A DNA stretch of 64,000 bases, taken from an uncultured Pelagibacteraceae bacterium. Lineage in GTDB: Bacteria; Pseudomonadota; Alphaproteobacteria; Pelagibacterales; Pelagibacteraceae. Positions 9,118 to 17,250 of this stretch are shown here, piece after piece. The notes beneath the pieces are model-generated. The model did not search any database, was not told the DNA's origin, and worked only from the letters and a program-made list of their open reading frames with translations. The stretch is taken from contig CACBZI010000001.1 of NCBI GenBank assembly GCA_902543665.1, positions 603-64,602 on the forward strand, in the 5' to 3' direction. The number at the start of each line of letters is the position of its first letter. Position 1 is the stretch's first letter. Made by a program: the position numbers and the translations under genes.

Positions 9118-10161
9118 ATGTCAATAAGCGTCCTAGGAATCATTGGTTCAGGTCAACTTGGTTCATTGTTATGCCAGGCTGCAAAAAAACTTAATATAAA
9201 GACTATAGTAATATCAGATGATGAAAATGGTCCAGCACAAAATTTCTCAGATAAATTTATTTTTTCAAAATATGATAACATAAACAAGATTAGAGAATTC
9301 ATAAGCGAAGTAGATATCATAACTTATGAATTTGAAAATATTCCAATAAATGTTTTAAAAGAGATAGATAAAGAAAAGAAAGTCTTACCTAAACCTGAAA
9401 TAAATAAAATTATTCAAAATAGAAAATTAGAAAAAACTTTCGTCAATGATTTAGGTATTAAAACTACAGACTGGGCCTTTATCAAACAGGCTGGAGATGT
9501 CGAAAAGAATAAAAACTTATTACCCGGAATTTTAAAATCAAATACACTTGGTTATGATGGACGTGGACAATATGTTTTAAACTCTCTTATTGATGTAAAA
9601 AAAAATTGGTGTTTTACTGCTGATTATATTTTAGAAAAAAAAGTAAATTTAAAAAAAGAGATATCAGTTATAATAACAAGATATTTAAATGGTGAAACTT
9701 ATATTTATGAGCCTATAGAAAATATTCATAAAGACCAAATCTTAAATCATTCAAAAATCCCTGCAGATATAAGTAAAGAAATTTTTATTAAAGCACAGAG
9801 TAATGCAAAAATTATTTCAGAAAAATTAGATTATGTTGGAACTATGTGTGTTGAATATTTCATCGATCAAGATGATAATTTGTTAGTCAATGAAATTGCT
9901 CCAAGAGTCCATAATTCTGGTCACCTAACAATAAATGCGTTTTCTATAAGTCAATTTACCGGACATGTTGCAGCTGTATGTAATCTTGGTGTAAAAAAAG
10001 TTGAAAAAATTTCTAACGCTGAAATGTTTAATATTTTAGGAAAAGATATCGAGACTTATAGATCTAAAACATTTAATGAAAATGAATTTTTTTATGATTA
10101 CGGAAAAAAATCAATTAAAGATAAAAGAAAAATGGGACATCTTACGGTTTTTAAAAAATAA
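9118..10161 (+). CDS. purK: N5-carboxyaminoimidazole ribonucleotide synthase
   Basis: GSGQLG, TYEFEN, GYDGRGQ, NEIAPRVHNSGH, RKMGH; follows purE. Confidence 0.95.
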   Translation: MSISVLGIIGSGQLGSLLCQAAKKLNIKTIVISDDENGPAQNFSDKFIFSKYDNINKIREFISEVDIITYEFENIPINVLKEIDKEKKVLPKPEINKIIQNRKLEKTFVNDLGIKTTDWAFIKQAGDVEKNKNLLPGILKSNTLGYDGRGQYVLNSLIDVKKNWCFTADYILEKKVNLKKEISVIITRYLNGETYIYEPIENIHKDQILNHSKIPADISKEIFIKAQSNAKIISEKLDYVGTMCVEYFIDQDDNLLVNEIAPRVHNSGHLTINAFSISQFTGHVAAVCNLGVKKVEKISNAEMFNILGKDIETYRSKTFNENEFFYDYGKKSIKDKRKMGHLTVFKK

Positions 10162-10971
10162 TCATTTAATTGTTATTCTATGCATAACTCTTCTGCAGTT
10201 CTTTATTTCACTAGCCATATGCAGAATACTTAAATTATCCCAAAGACAGATATCACCTTTTGTCCACTCATATGAAAATATGAAATCTTCTTTGTTCACG
10301 TGATCTACTAAATAATTTTTTAAATATTCAGCTTCGTCTTCCTTTACATTTTTAATCTTCATTAAATGTCCTGGAGATATATAAAGAGTTTTCTTTCCAT
10401 CTACAGTAATAACTATTGGATGTTCGGCCTCCATACTTTCTGAAGATTTTATTCCCATTTCTTTTTCTCGTTCAAGTCTTGTTATAGCTATTGGACCTGC
10501 CGATGAAAAAATTCCAGTAGCGTCTTTAATTTTTTCTTTAATGTCATCTGGTAATTTATCATAAGCATTAAAGCCAGATGAGAATATAGTATTACCTTGG
10601 CCAACCGGTATTTCTATACCCATTAACATTGTATATCTAGGTCTATCATTAGCTAAATAACTTGTATCTTGGTGAAGCCAGCTAGAGCCGAAACTTAAAT
10701 TTTTATCATCAGGCTTTCTCTCGATTACATTTATAAATGGAAATTTTTCATCTAAACCTTTAAGTCTTGGATACACTACGGGTTGACCTATATTCTTTGC
10801 GAAATTTTGATAGGTTTCAGGATCAAGATTTTGATCTTTTATAAATATAACTCCGTACTTATTTAAAATCTTTTTTATTTCTGTTGCTTGATCTTGATCT
10901 ATGGATTTTAAATTAATGTCGTTGATGTAAGCTCCAACATTATTTTTTCCCGGTGAGATAGATAAATTCAT
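10162..10971 (-). CDS. TauD/TfdA family 2-oxoglutarate/Fe(II) dioxygenase
   Basis: WLHQDTSY (HxD), EHPIV, WDNLSILH, RVMHR. Confidence 0.88.
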   Translation of the reverse strand: MNLSISPGKNNVGAYINDINLKSIDQDQATEIKKILNKYGVIFIKDQNLDPETYQNFAKNIGQPVVYPRLKGLDEKFPFINVIERKPDDKNLSFGSSWLHQDTSYLANDRPRYTMLMGIEIPVGQGNTIFSSGFNAYDKLPDDIKEKIKDATGIFSSAGPIAITRLEREKEMGIKSSESMEAEHPIVITVDGKKTLYISPGHLMKIKNVKEDEAEYLKNYLVDHVNKEDFIFSYEWTKGDICLWDNLSILHMASEIKNCRRVMHRITIK

Positions 10972-11598
10972 TTAGTTCAAAGGTTTAATTAAAGCAGGGT
11001 CATTATTTACTGGATTATTAACATCTTTTGATATCTCATGAAACTTTAAATTGGGTGGTTTAATAGAGTTTAATATTTCCATAGCATCTTTTTTAATATT
11101 TAAATAATTATTAATCTGGCTTTGATTAATAATCATTGGTTCTCGGTGATGGATGGTACTAATTTTTTCAGTAGCTTCTCTTGTAATTATACAAAACTGG
11201 TCATTCTGATATATCCCGGCAAAATACATCAATTCATCATCCTCTTTTGAAAAATAATAGGGAGTTTTTGTTTTATCTTCTCTTTTCCATTCATAATACC
11301 CATCAGCTGGAATAATACATCTTGATGTCTGGATAAGACTCTTAAAAGTAACTTTTTCCATAAGGGTTTCTCTTCTTGCATTAATAAGGGGAGAAAACTT
11401 ATCTAATTTTTTAGACCAACTCGGAACTAATCCCCATTCATAGAGCTCAAGAGCCTTTCCATTTGAATAGGATTTTATTACAGGCAACTTTTGAGTTGGG
11501 TGTGCATTATAATTATTTGTATCCTCAACCTTAATGTTTGTTTTTACCAAATCAACGGTTTTAGTAACTGGTTTGCGAATACTATATCTTCCACACAT
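10972..11598 (-). CDS. SOS response-associated peptidase (SRAP, YedK/HMCES family; abasic-site protection)
   Basis: N-terminal MCGRY, YNAHP, WGLVPSW, INARRET, RCIIPADGYYEW, IHHREP. Confidence 0.92.
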   Translation of the reverse strand: MCGRYSIRKPVTKTVDLVKTNIKVEDTNNYNAHPTQKLPVIKSYSNGKALELYEWGLVPSWSKKLDKFSPLINARRETLMEKVTFKSLIQTSRCIIPADGYYEWKREDKTKTPYYFSKEDDELMYFAGIYQNDQFCIITREATEKISTIHHREPMIINQSQINNYLNIKKDAMEILNSIKPPNLKFHEISKDVNNPVNNDPALIKPLN

Positions 11599-11708
11599 TA
11601 TTTATTTTTTCTCTCTCTTTTAAGCTTTCTCTTTTCTTTTAAAGATAACTTGGCTTTTTTCATAAAGCTTCTATCTTTTTGACTTTTACCCGAATATCTT
11701 TTTGACAT
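11598..11708 (-). CDS. Small basic protein, 36 aa (below ORF-track cutoff)
   Basis: MSKRYSGKSQKDRSFMKKAKLSLKEKRKLKRERKNK; fills the gap exactly, starts 2 nt after the FAH stop, and its TAA overlaps the SRAP ATG. Confidence 0.65.
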   Translation of the reverse strand: MSKRYSGKSQKDRSFMKKAKLSLKEKRKLKRERKNK

Positions 11709-11710
11709 AA

Positions 11711-12547
11711 TTATTCATCTATTATTTCATGGAATTGCTCTCCTAGTCTATCTACTTTTAAGTGAAGTTTGTCACCTGTCTTTAGAAATTCAGGTTTTTC
11801 CATTTCCATTGCCGTACCCGCAGGTGTCCCGGTAGTGATTATTGTGCCAGGATATAAAGTCATAAATTGACTTAGGTGAGAAATTAAAAAATTGAAATTA
11901 AAAATCATTCTTTCTGTATTTCCAGTTTGTCTTCTGTTACCATTTACATCTAACGCTAAATTAATATTATTTAAGTTTTTTATTTCATCTTTAGTCACAA
12001 GGTAAGGCCCTGTTGGTCCTGCTATTGATTTACCTTTGATCCATTGACCACCTCTTTCTTTTTGCCAAGACCTTTCAGATATGTCATTAACGATACAATA
12101 GCCAAATACATAATCCTGAGCATTTTCTTCTTTGATATATTTGCCCTCTCGACCAATAATCATTCCAACTTCAACCTCGTAATCCATTTTACTAGCAGAT
12201 TTAGGTTTTACTATTTGATCATTAGGACCCTGAATACATCCAGAGCTTTTATTAAAAACAATTGGTTCAGTTGGTAATTTTGATTTGGTACCTTCCGCAT
12301 GTGCTTTGTAATTTAAACCTATTGCTAAAAAATCTACGGGATTTGAGATACAAGCCCCAATTCTAATATTTGAGTTGATTTCTTTAAGTTCAGATAATTT
12401 TAGTTTTTTTAATTTATTTAATGTTTCTTCATTAATTGTCTGAGGATTTAAATCTTTAATGTGATCTGATAAATCCCTAATGACATTATTACCGTCTAAG
12501 GCAGCAACAATTTCACTTCCTAACTCACCAACTCTTAATAATTTCAT
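11711..12547 (-). CDS. Fumarylacetoacetate hydrolase family protein
   Basis: IGLNYKAH, DYEVEVG, NDISER, QWIKGKS, TTGTPAG. Confidence 0.9.
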   Translation of the reverse strand: MKLLRVGELGSEIVAALDGNNVIRDLSDHIKDLNPQTINEETLNKLKKLKLSELKEINSNIRIGACISNPVDFLAIGLNYKAHAEGTKSKLPTEPIVFNKSSGCIQGPNDQIVKPKSASKMDYEVEVGMIIGREGKYIKEENAQDYVFGYCIVNDISERSWQKERGGQWIKGKSIAGPTGPYLVTKDEIKNLNNINLALDVNGNRRQTGNTERMIFNFNFLISHLSQFMTLYPGTIITTGTPAGTAMEMEKPEFLKTGDKLHLKVDRLGEQFHEIIDE

Positions 12548-12571
12548 TAATTAATTTTAGTCTTGGAATCG

Positions 12572-13018
12572 CTATTTTACAAATCTTTTGATTCTTTCCT
12601 CAGTAGTCGTTTCAGGACCAGAGTATGGGGTTTCGTAACTATTAGTCCTTGTTAATACATCAATTCCTTTGGTGAAAATAAAGATAAAAAAAACAATAAA
12701 AAAAACTGCAAATATTTTTGCAGGGTTATAATTTCCGGATTGAAAAACACTGACTGGTTGTTCTTGTTTTTTATGAAAAAATTTAAATGTTAAGTAAACT
12801 GCTATTATTAATCCAATATGTGCCATAACTACTCCAGCCCAACCAAAAATAAAAGAGGTTACGCTAAATACATATAGGCTAAACACAGTGGACCAAACAA
12901 AAGACAAAACAATTAAAATTTGAAGCCTAACAGACTTTGGCAAGCTTCTTAAGTCGTTTTTACTATCATCAAACATGATGTTAGCTGCTTCACTCATCCA
13001 ATTTTTAAAACTTTCCAT
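12572..13018 (-). CDS. Hypothetical membrane protein (about 3 TM helices)
   Basis: Three hydrophobic segments; co-directional with neighbours. Confidence 0.7.
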   Translation of the reverse strand: MESFKNWMSEAANIMFDDSKNDLRSLPKSVRLQILIVLSFVWSTVFSLYVFSVTSFIFGWAGVVMAHIGLIIAVYLTFKFFHKKQEQPVSVFQSGNYNPAKIFAVFFIVFFIFIFTKGIDVLTRTNSYETPYSGPETTTEERIKRFVK

Positions 13019-13056
13019 AAATGCCTTATATACTTTTTAAATTGAAATTTAAATTA

Positions 13057-13635
13057 TTATAAATTTCGCACCAGTTTTCTTACTTTTTGCATATGTGAAT
13101 TAAATGTTTCTTGTGTCATACCTGGTAAAACCTCATAAAATCTTATGTAGGTTGTTTCCATCCCACCAAGCTTTAAAACCCCTGCTTTTATTCTTCTAAA
13201 TGGAATATTTTGGAACCAGGTTTGAATTGAAAACCAATTTCCACCGTAAGACATCGACATTATAGCTTTTCTACCTTTCATCGCGCCAGCAACAGGGTAA
13301 CCCCAATTACCAACAAGTCTTTTAAATGAGAAAAACCATTTAGGAGCTAAAGTTAAATCAATCCAATTTTCTAAAATTGCAGTTGCTCTGAGATTGTAAC
13401 ATGGTGAAATCATAAATAATACATCGCTTGCTTCTAATCTTTTTCTATAATCTAAAATTTGATCATTAGGTCCAGAACCGTCAAAAAAAGGAATTGGTTT
13501 TTCCTCATGTAAATTAATTAAATCAATTTGATGACCTAACTTTTTTGCTTCTTCGATAAAAGTATCTCTTACAGAAGCATTAAATGATTTTTTTATGTCG
13601 TGATGGCCGTAAACAATAAAAATTTTCTTAGACAT
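13057..13635 (-). CDS. NAD(P)H dehydrogenase (quinone), flavodoxin-2 family
   Basis: IVYGHH...SFN, PCYNLRATAILENWID, MKGRKA pattern of KefF/NQO-like proteins. Confidence 0.8.
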   Translation of the reverse strand: MSKKIFIVYGHHDIKKSFNASVRDTFIEEAKKLGHQIDLINLHEEKPIPFFDGSGPNDQILDYRKRLEASDVLFMISPCYNLRATAILENWIDLTLAPKWFFSFKRLVGNWGYPVAGAMKGRKAIMSMSYGGNWFSIQTWFQNIPFRRIKAGVLKLGGMETTYIRFYEVLPGMTQETFNSHMQKVRKLVRNL

Positions 13636-13637
13636 CT

Positions 13638-13793
13638 TTATTTGTCTATATCATTTTTTTCATTTTTTCGTATTAGAAATCCTGAACCTATCCCCACTGC
13701 AATGGCTGATATAACCCAAGAGTATTCTTGTTCGCTGAAAAGAACTAATAGGCCAAAACCTATAATGATTACTCCTAAAAGCTTATTATCCAT
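13638..13793 (-). CDS. Small two-TM membrane protein, 51 aa (below ORF-track cutoff)
   Basis: MDNKLLGVIIIGFGLLVLFSEQEYSWVISAIAVGIGSGFLIRKNEKNDIDK; stops 2 nt before the start of the flavodoxin-like gene. Confidence 0.65.
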   Translation of the reverse strand: MDNKLLGVIIIGFGLLVLFSEQEYSWVISAIAVGIGSGFLIRKNEKNDIDK

Positions 13794-13823
13794 TGACAAA
13801 TATAAACCTTATATTAAGGTTTA
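13793..13823 (+). promoter_or_regulatory. Sigma70-like promoter overlapped by a perfect inverted repeat
   Basis: TTGACA (13793-13798), 16 bp, TAAGGT; palindrome TAAACCTTA-tat-TAAGGTTTA at 13803-13823. Confidence 0.55.
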
Positions 13824-13827
13824 CTTA

Positions 13828-13892
13828 CCCATCTGTCATGGGAAAAAAGACTCGGCATTCGACATGCCGGACCTATAAAGGGTTGCAAAGTC
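13828..13892 (+). ncRNA. Candidate structured cis-regulatory 5' leader
   Basis: GC-rich relative to its surroundings: CCCAT/ATGGG hairpin, then GACT/AGTC closing two inner stems CGGCAT/ATGCCG and GACCT/GGGTT. Confidence 0.5.
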
Positions 13893-13914
13893 GGTAGAAA
13901 TGAAAGGAGTTGCT

Positions 13915-14106
13915 ATGAATAGATTTAGCAAACTGTATGGAAATTCTGCCGTTAAAAAAGCTGAGCAGAAACTCTCAATGCAGTTAAGTAAAAACCAAAA
14001 AGCCCCCGAGGCTAACGCCAATGGAACGGCTGGTTATTTGGTTAAAAACGGAAAAAATTCCGGAAAAATTTTGAAGCATTTAAAAACTGATAAAAATCAG
14101 CTTTAA
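13915..14106 (+). CDS. Small hypothetical protein, 63 aa
   Basis: Strong SD GAAAGGAG 5-6 nt before ATG 13915 (track start 13900 has no SD); own promoter and terminator. Confidence 0.75.
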   Translation: MNRFSKLYGNSAVKKAEQKLSMQLSKNQKAPEANANGTAGYLVKNGKNSGKILKHLKTDKNQL

Positions 14107-14115
14107 ACTTTTATA

Positions 14116-14141
14116 GGGTGGGGACTTTAAAATCCCCACTC
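14116..14141 (+). terminator. Terminator-like hairpin
   Basis: GGGTGGGGA-ctttaaaa-TCCCCACTC just after the 13915 ORF stop. Confidence 0.6.
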
Positions 14142-14161
14142 AAGTCTTTAATATCCTCTTA

Positions 14162-15253
14162 ATGGAAAAACAAAATTTTTTTGATTTTAATTTTGATCAA
14201 CTAAAAACTTTTTTAATTGAAAAAGGAGAAGTTGAGCCAAAAAAAGCAAAGATGAGATCTCAACAACTTTTTAATGCAGTTTATAAAAAAAATATTAAAA
14301 GTTTTGATGAGCTTACAACATTTGGTGCTGAACTTAGAGGCAAGATCAAAGGTTTGATTAGTTTAGATAAACCAAAAATTATAGATGTTCAAAAATCTAA
14401 GGACGGGACTATAAAATTTCTTTTAGAGCTTAAAGATAAACGTAATGTTGAGACAGTCCTTATTCCGGATAAATCTCAAAGCAGATATACAATTTGTCTA
14501 TCTGTATCAGTGGGTTGTTATCTCTCTTGCGAATTTTGTGCAACAGCTCAAATTTCAAAAAAATTAGTAAGGAATTTATCACCAGGAGAAATAATTTCGC
14601 AAATAATTTTAAGTAAAGATTATATTAATGATTGGTCAACACAGAAAAAAATAACCAATCAAGTATTCATGGGTGAAGGCTCGCCTTTTTTGAATTTAGA
14701 TAACGTTAAAGTTGCTATAGATAATTCAAAAAATAAAGATGGCTTGGAGTATGGAAGAACTAGAATTACAGTGAGTACAGTAGGAGTAGGAAATAAAAAA
14801 GATAATTTAGATGCAATAGAGTGGGCTGCAAATGAGTTAGATGTTTATCTTGCATGGAGTTTACATAGCTCTATACCAAAACACAGATCAGAATTAATGC
14901 CAATAAATGATAAATACTCAATTAATTCATTATTACCTAAACTTAAAAAATATTATGAAAAAACAAAATTACCTATTTTTATTGAGTGGATATGTTTAGA
15001 TGAGAACTTAACAGATGAACACGCTAAAGAACTTATAAAGATCATGAAAAAAGTACCTTCAAAATTAAATTTAATTGAATTTAATCCTCTTTCAAACAAA
15101 GATTTTAAACCAGCAACTCAAGAAAATATAGATAAGTTTTCTAAAACAATTCAAGAAGCCGGATTTCTCTCTTTGTTTAGAAGAAGTAGGGGTAGAGACA
15201 TAAATGCATCTTGTGGATCGCTAGCGAATAGTAAAGCTTTACTTAATGGATAA
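14162..15253 (+). CDS. rlmN: Radical-SAM RNA methyltransferase, RlmN family
   Basis: SKDGTIKFL, VETVLIP, CYLSCEFCAT (CxxxCxxC), RITVSTVG, SLH, RGRDINASCG. Confidence 0.88.
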   Translation: MEKQNFFDFNFDQLKTFLIEKGEVEPKKAKMRSQQLFNAVYKKNIKSFDELTTFGAELRGKIKGLISLDKPKIIDVQKSKDGTIKFLLELKDKRNVETVLIPDKSQSRYTICLSVSVGCYLSCEFCATAQISKKLVRNLSPGEIISQIILSKDYINDWSTQKKITNQVFMGEGSPFLNLDNVKVAIDNSKNKDGLEYGRTRITVSTVGVGNKKDNLDAIEWAANELDVYLAWSLHSSIPKHRSELMPINDKYSINSLLPKLKKYYEKTKLPIFIEWICLDENLTDEHAKELIKIMKKVPSKLNLIEFNPLSNKDFKPATQENIDKFSKTIQEAGFLSLFRRSRGRDINASCGSLANSKALLNG

Positions 15254-16196
15254 TTTACATATTTTTTTAGGTGCAACAGTTGCGGACGCAGCGACTAGAC
15301 CTCTACATTGGGTATACGATCCAAAAAAGTTAAGGAAATATATTAAGGGAAAAAAAGAAATAGTTTTTTTGAAAAAAAATAGAAGTCCTTTCTATAACAT
15401 TAAAACTGGAAAGGTGTCAGGGTATAACGATATTGGACAGGTAATGTTTCAAACTTTGATTTCCTCAAAAAAAAAATCAGAAATTTTTAAGAATTTCAAA
15501 AAAAATATCATTAAACACTTTGGACCAGGGTCAAATTATTGGAAAAATCTAAAACTAAGAAAAAAATATAAAAAAGTGAAATGGAAAAAACCTATGAATG
15601 GTCCATGGATCCATCAAAATATCTTAGAGACTATACAAAATATCAAATCCAAGAAAGTTATTACTGGTGGGACGAAAGTAAACGAGTCCGATGGTTATTG
15701 CGCTGCTCTCCCTTATTTTCTTTTCAATGATAAACAAAAAGAACTTAAAAAGGTTATTAAATCTGTTGCCAATTCAAGAATAAATGAAAAATATGCTTTA
15801 TCCAAATTAAAAATTATAGAATTAGCTTATAAAAAAGATGGAAATCCTATTCGATCGTTTGTTAAAAAATACAAAAAGAATAAATATTTCAAAGACGTAA
15901 TTACTAATATTAAAAAAGTTCAAAGACTAAAAAACCAAAATCATATAATGACTGTAAGAAAATTTGGTAAAGCTTGTAGTTATCCCGGTACATTTATGGG
16001 ATCAATTCACGCAATTATTACATCCAACAGCTATAAATCTGCTATCATAAAAACGATTAAAGCTGGTGGTTGCAATTGCTCAAGAGCAAATTTTGTTGGA
16101 GCATATTTCGCAGCCTTAAAACCAGAAAGTATTCCAAGCCACTGGATTAGAAGAACTTTGCCAGCGAAAAAAATTTTGAAATATATTAATTCTTAA
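15246..16196 (+). CDS. ADP-ribosylglycohydrolase-superfamily protein, SelJ/J1-crystallin-like
   Basis: GATVADAATRPLHWVYD, SPFY, GPWIH, ACSYPG, AGGCNCSRANFVGA, IPSHW. Confidence 0.75.
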   Translation: MDNLHIFLGATVADAATRPLHWVYDPKKLRKYIKGKKEIVFLKKNRSPFYNIKTGKVSGYNDIGQVMFQTLISSKKKSEIFKNFKKNIIKHFGPGSNYWKNLKLRKKYKKVKWKKPMNGPWIHQNILETIQNIKSKKVITGGTKVNESDGYCAALPYFLFNDKQKELKKVIKSVANSRINEKYALSKLKIIELAYKKDGNPIRSFVKKYKKNKYFKDVITNIKKVQRLKNQNHIMTVRKFGKACSYPGTFMGSIHAIITSNSYKSAIIKTIKAGGCNCSRANFVGAYFAALKPESIPSHWIRRTLPAKKILKYINS

Positions 16197-16212
16197 TGTG
16201 GTATATTAATTT

Positions 16213-17241
16213 ATGGATTCGTTAATCATAGTTTTAGTAGCGTTATTGGTCATTATAAATCTCGGAGTTATTTTCTTTATAGTTAGAAATAAGCCTGAAA
16301 AACAAATAAATCCAGAACAGTCCTTTAAAGATGAATTTAACTCTTTTAAAGAAACATTTGGCCAATCCTTTAGTTCTATGAGCAAAGAAATTGCTAAAGA
16401 TATGACAGGAGCTTTGACTAAAGTCGATGAAAAAGTTTCAGTTTTTAACCGGCAAGTAAGTGAGCTTAATAAAAGCCAAGATAATTTTAGTAGAATTTTA
16501 AGCGGTGTAAAAACATATGGAACTCTTGCAGAATTTGGATTAGGTGCCCTTCTTAAAGATTTATTACCAGCATCTCAATTTATTGCTAATGTAAAAATGA
16601 AAGATGATACGTCCGAGACAGTTGAATTTGCTATAAAACTTCAAGATGTTTTATTACCTATCGACAGTCATTGGCCAGTTGAAAAATTTAAAGCAATTGA
16701 TGACGCTTATAATGCTAATAATAAAGAGGCACAAGCTGAGGCAAGAAAAGATTTAGCTGTAGCATTTAGATTAAAAGCTAAAACAGTAAATTCAAAATAT
16801 ATAGCTCCACCTAAAAGCACAGATTTTGCAATAATCTATGTTCCAACTGAAGGATTGTTCTCAGAACTTTCAAGTTATAGAGATCCAAAGACAAAAGAAT
16901 TATTATTACAGGAACTTAGAACAAAATATAAAGTAACAGTTTCTGGTCCTAATACTTTATCTGCTCTATTGCAATCTTATTATTTAGGATTTCAAACCTT
17001 AAAAGTTCAACAACATGCAACTCAAATCTATAATGACTTAAGAAATATAAGCTCAAGGTTTGAAAAACATTTTGATGGGATTAAAGACCTAAGGAAAAAA
17101 TTAGAGCAGGCTATGACTGCAACCGATGCTTTTGGTAGGGACGCTAGATCGATAATGAATACGCTTGGGAATATAAAAGACCCAGAGCAAGTTACAGATT
17201 CCTTGAAAGAAAATCCAGAAAAGATAAAAGTTCTAAAGTAA
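16213..17241 (+). CDS. rmuC: DNA recombination protein RmuC
   Basis: N-terminal TM, coiled coil, LPIDSHWP, KYIAPPKSTDFAIIYVPTEGLF, GPNTLSALL. Confidence 0.9.
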   Translation: MDSLIIVLVALLVIINLGVIFFIVRNKPEKQINPEQSFKDEFNSFKETFGQSFSSMSKEIAKDMTGALTKVDEKVSVFNRQVSELNKSQDNFSRILSGVKTYGTLAEFGLGALLKDLLPASQFIANVKMKDDTSETVEFAIKLQDVLLPIDSHWPVEKFKAIDDAYNANNKEAQAEARKDLAVAFRLKAKTVNSKYIAPPKSTDFAIIYVPTEGLFSELSSYRDPKTKELLLQELRTKYKVTVSGPNTLSALLQSYYLGFQTLKVQQHATQIYNDLRNISSRFEKHFDGIKDLRKKLEQAMTATDAFGRDARSIMNTLGNIKDPEQVTDSLKENPEKIKVLK

Positions 17242-17250
17242 ACATAAATT

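Noticed and set aside
13600-13878. 92-aa plus-strand ORF and 13836-14021 minus-strand ORF
   Set aside because: They overlap the better-supported 51-aa and 63-aa genes, the promoter and the structured leader.
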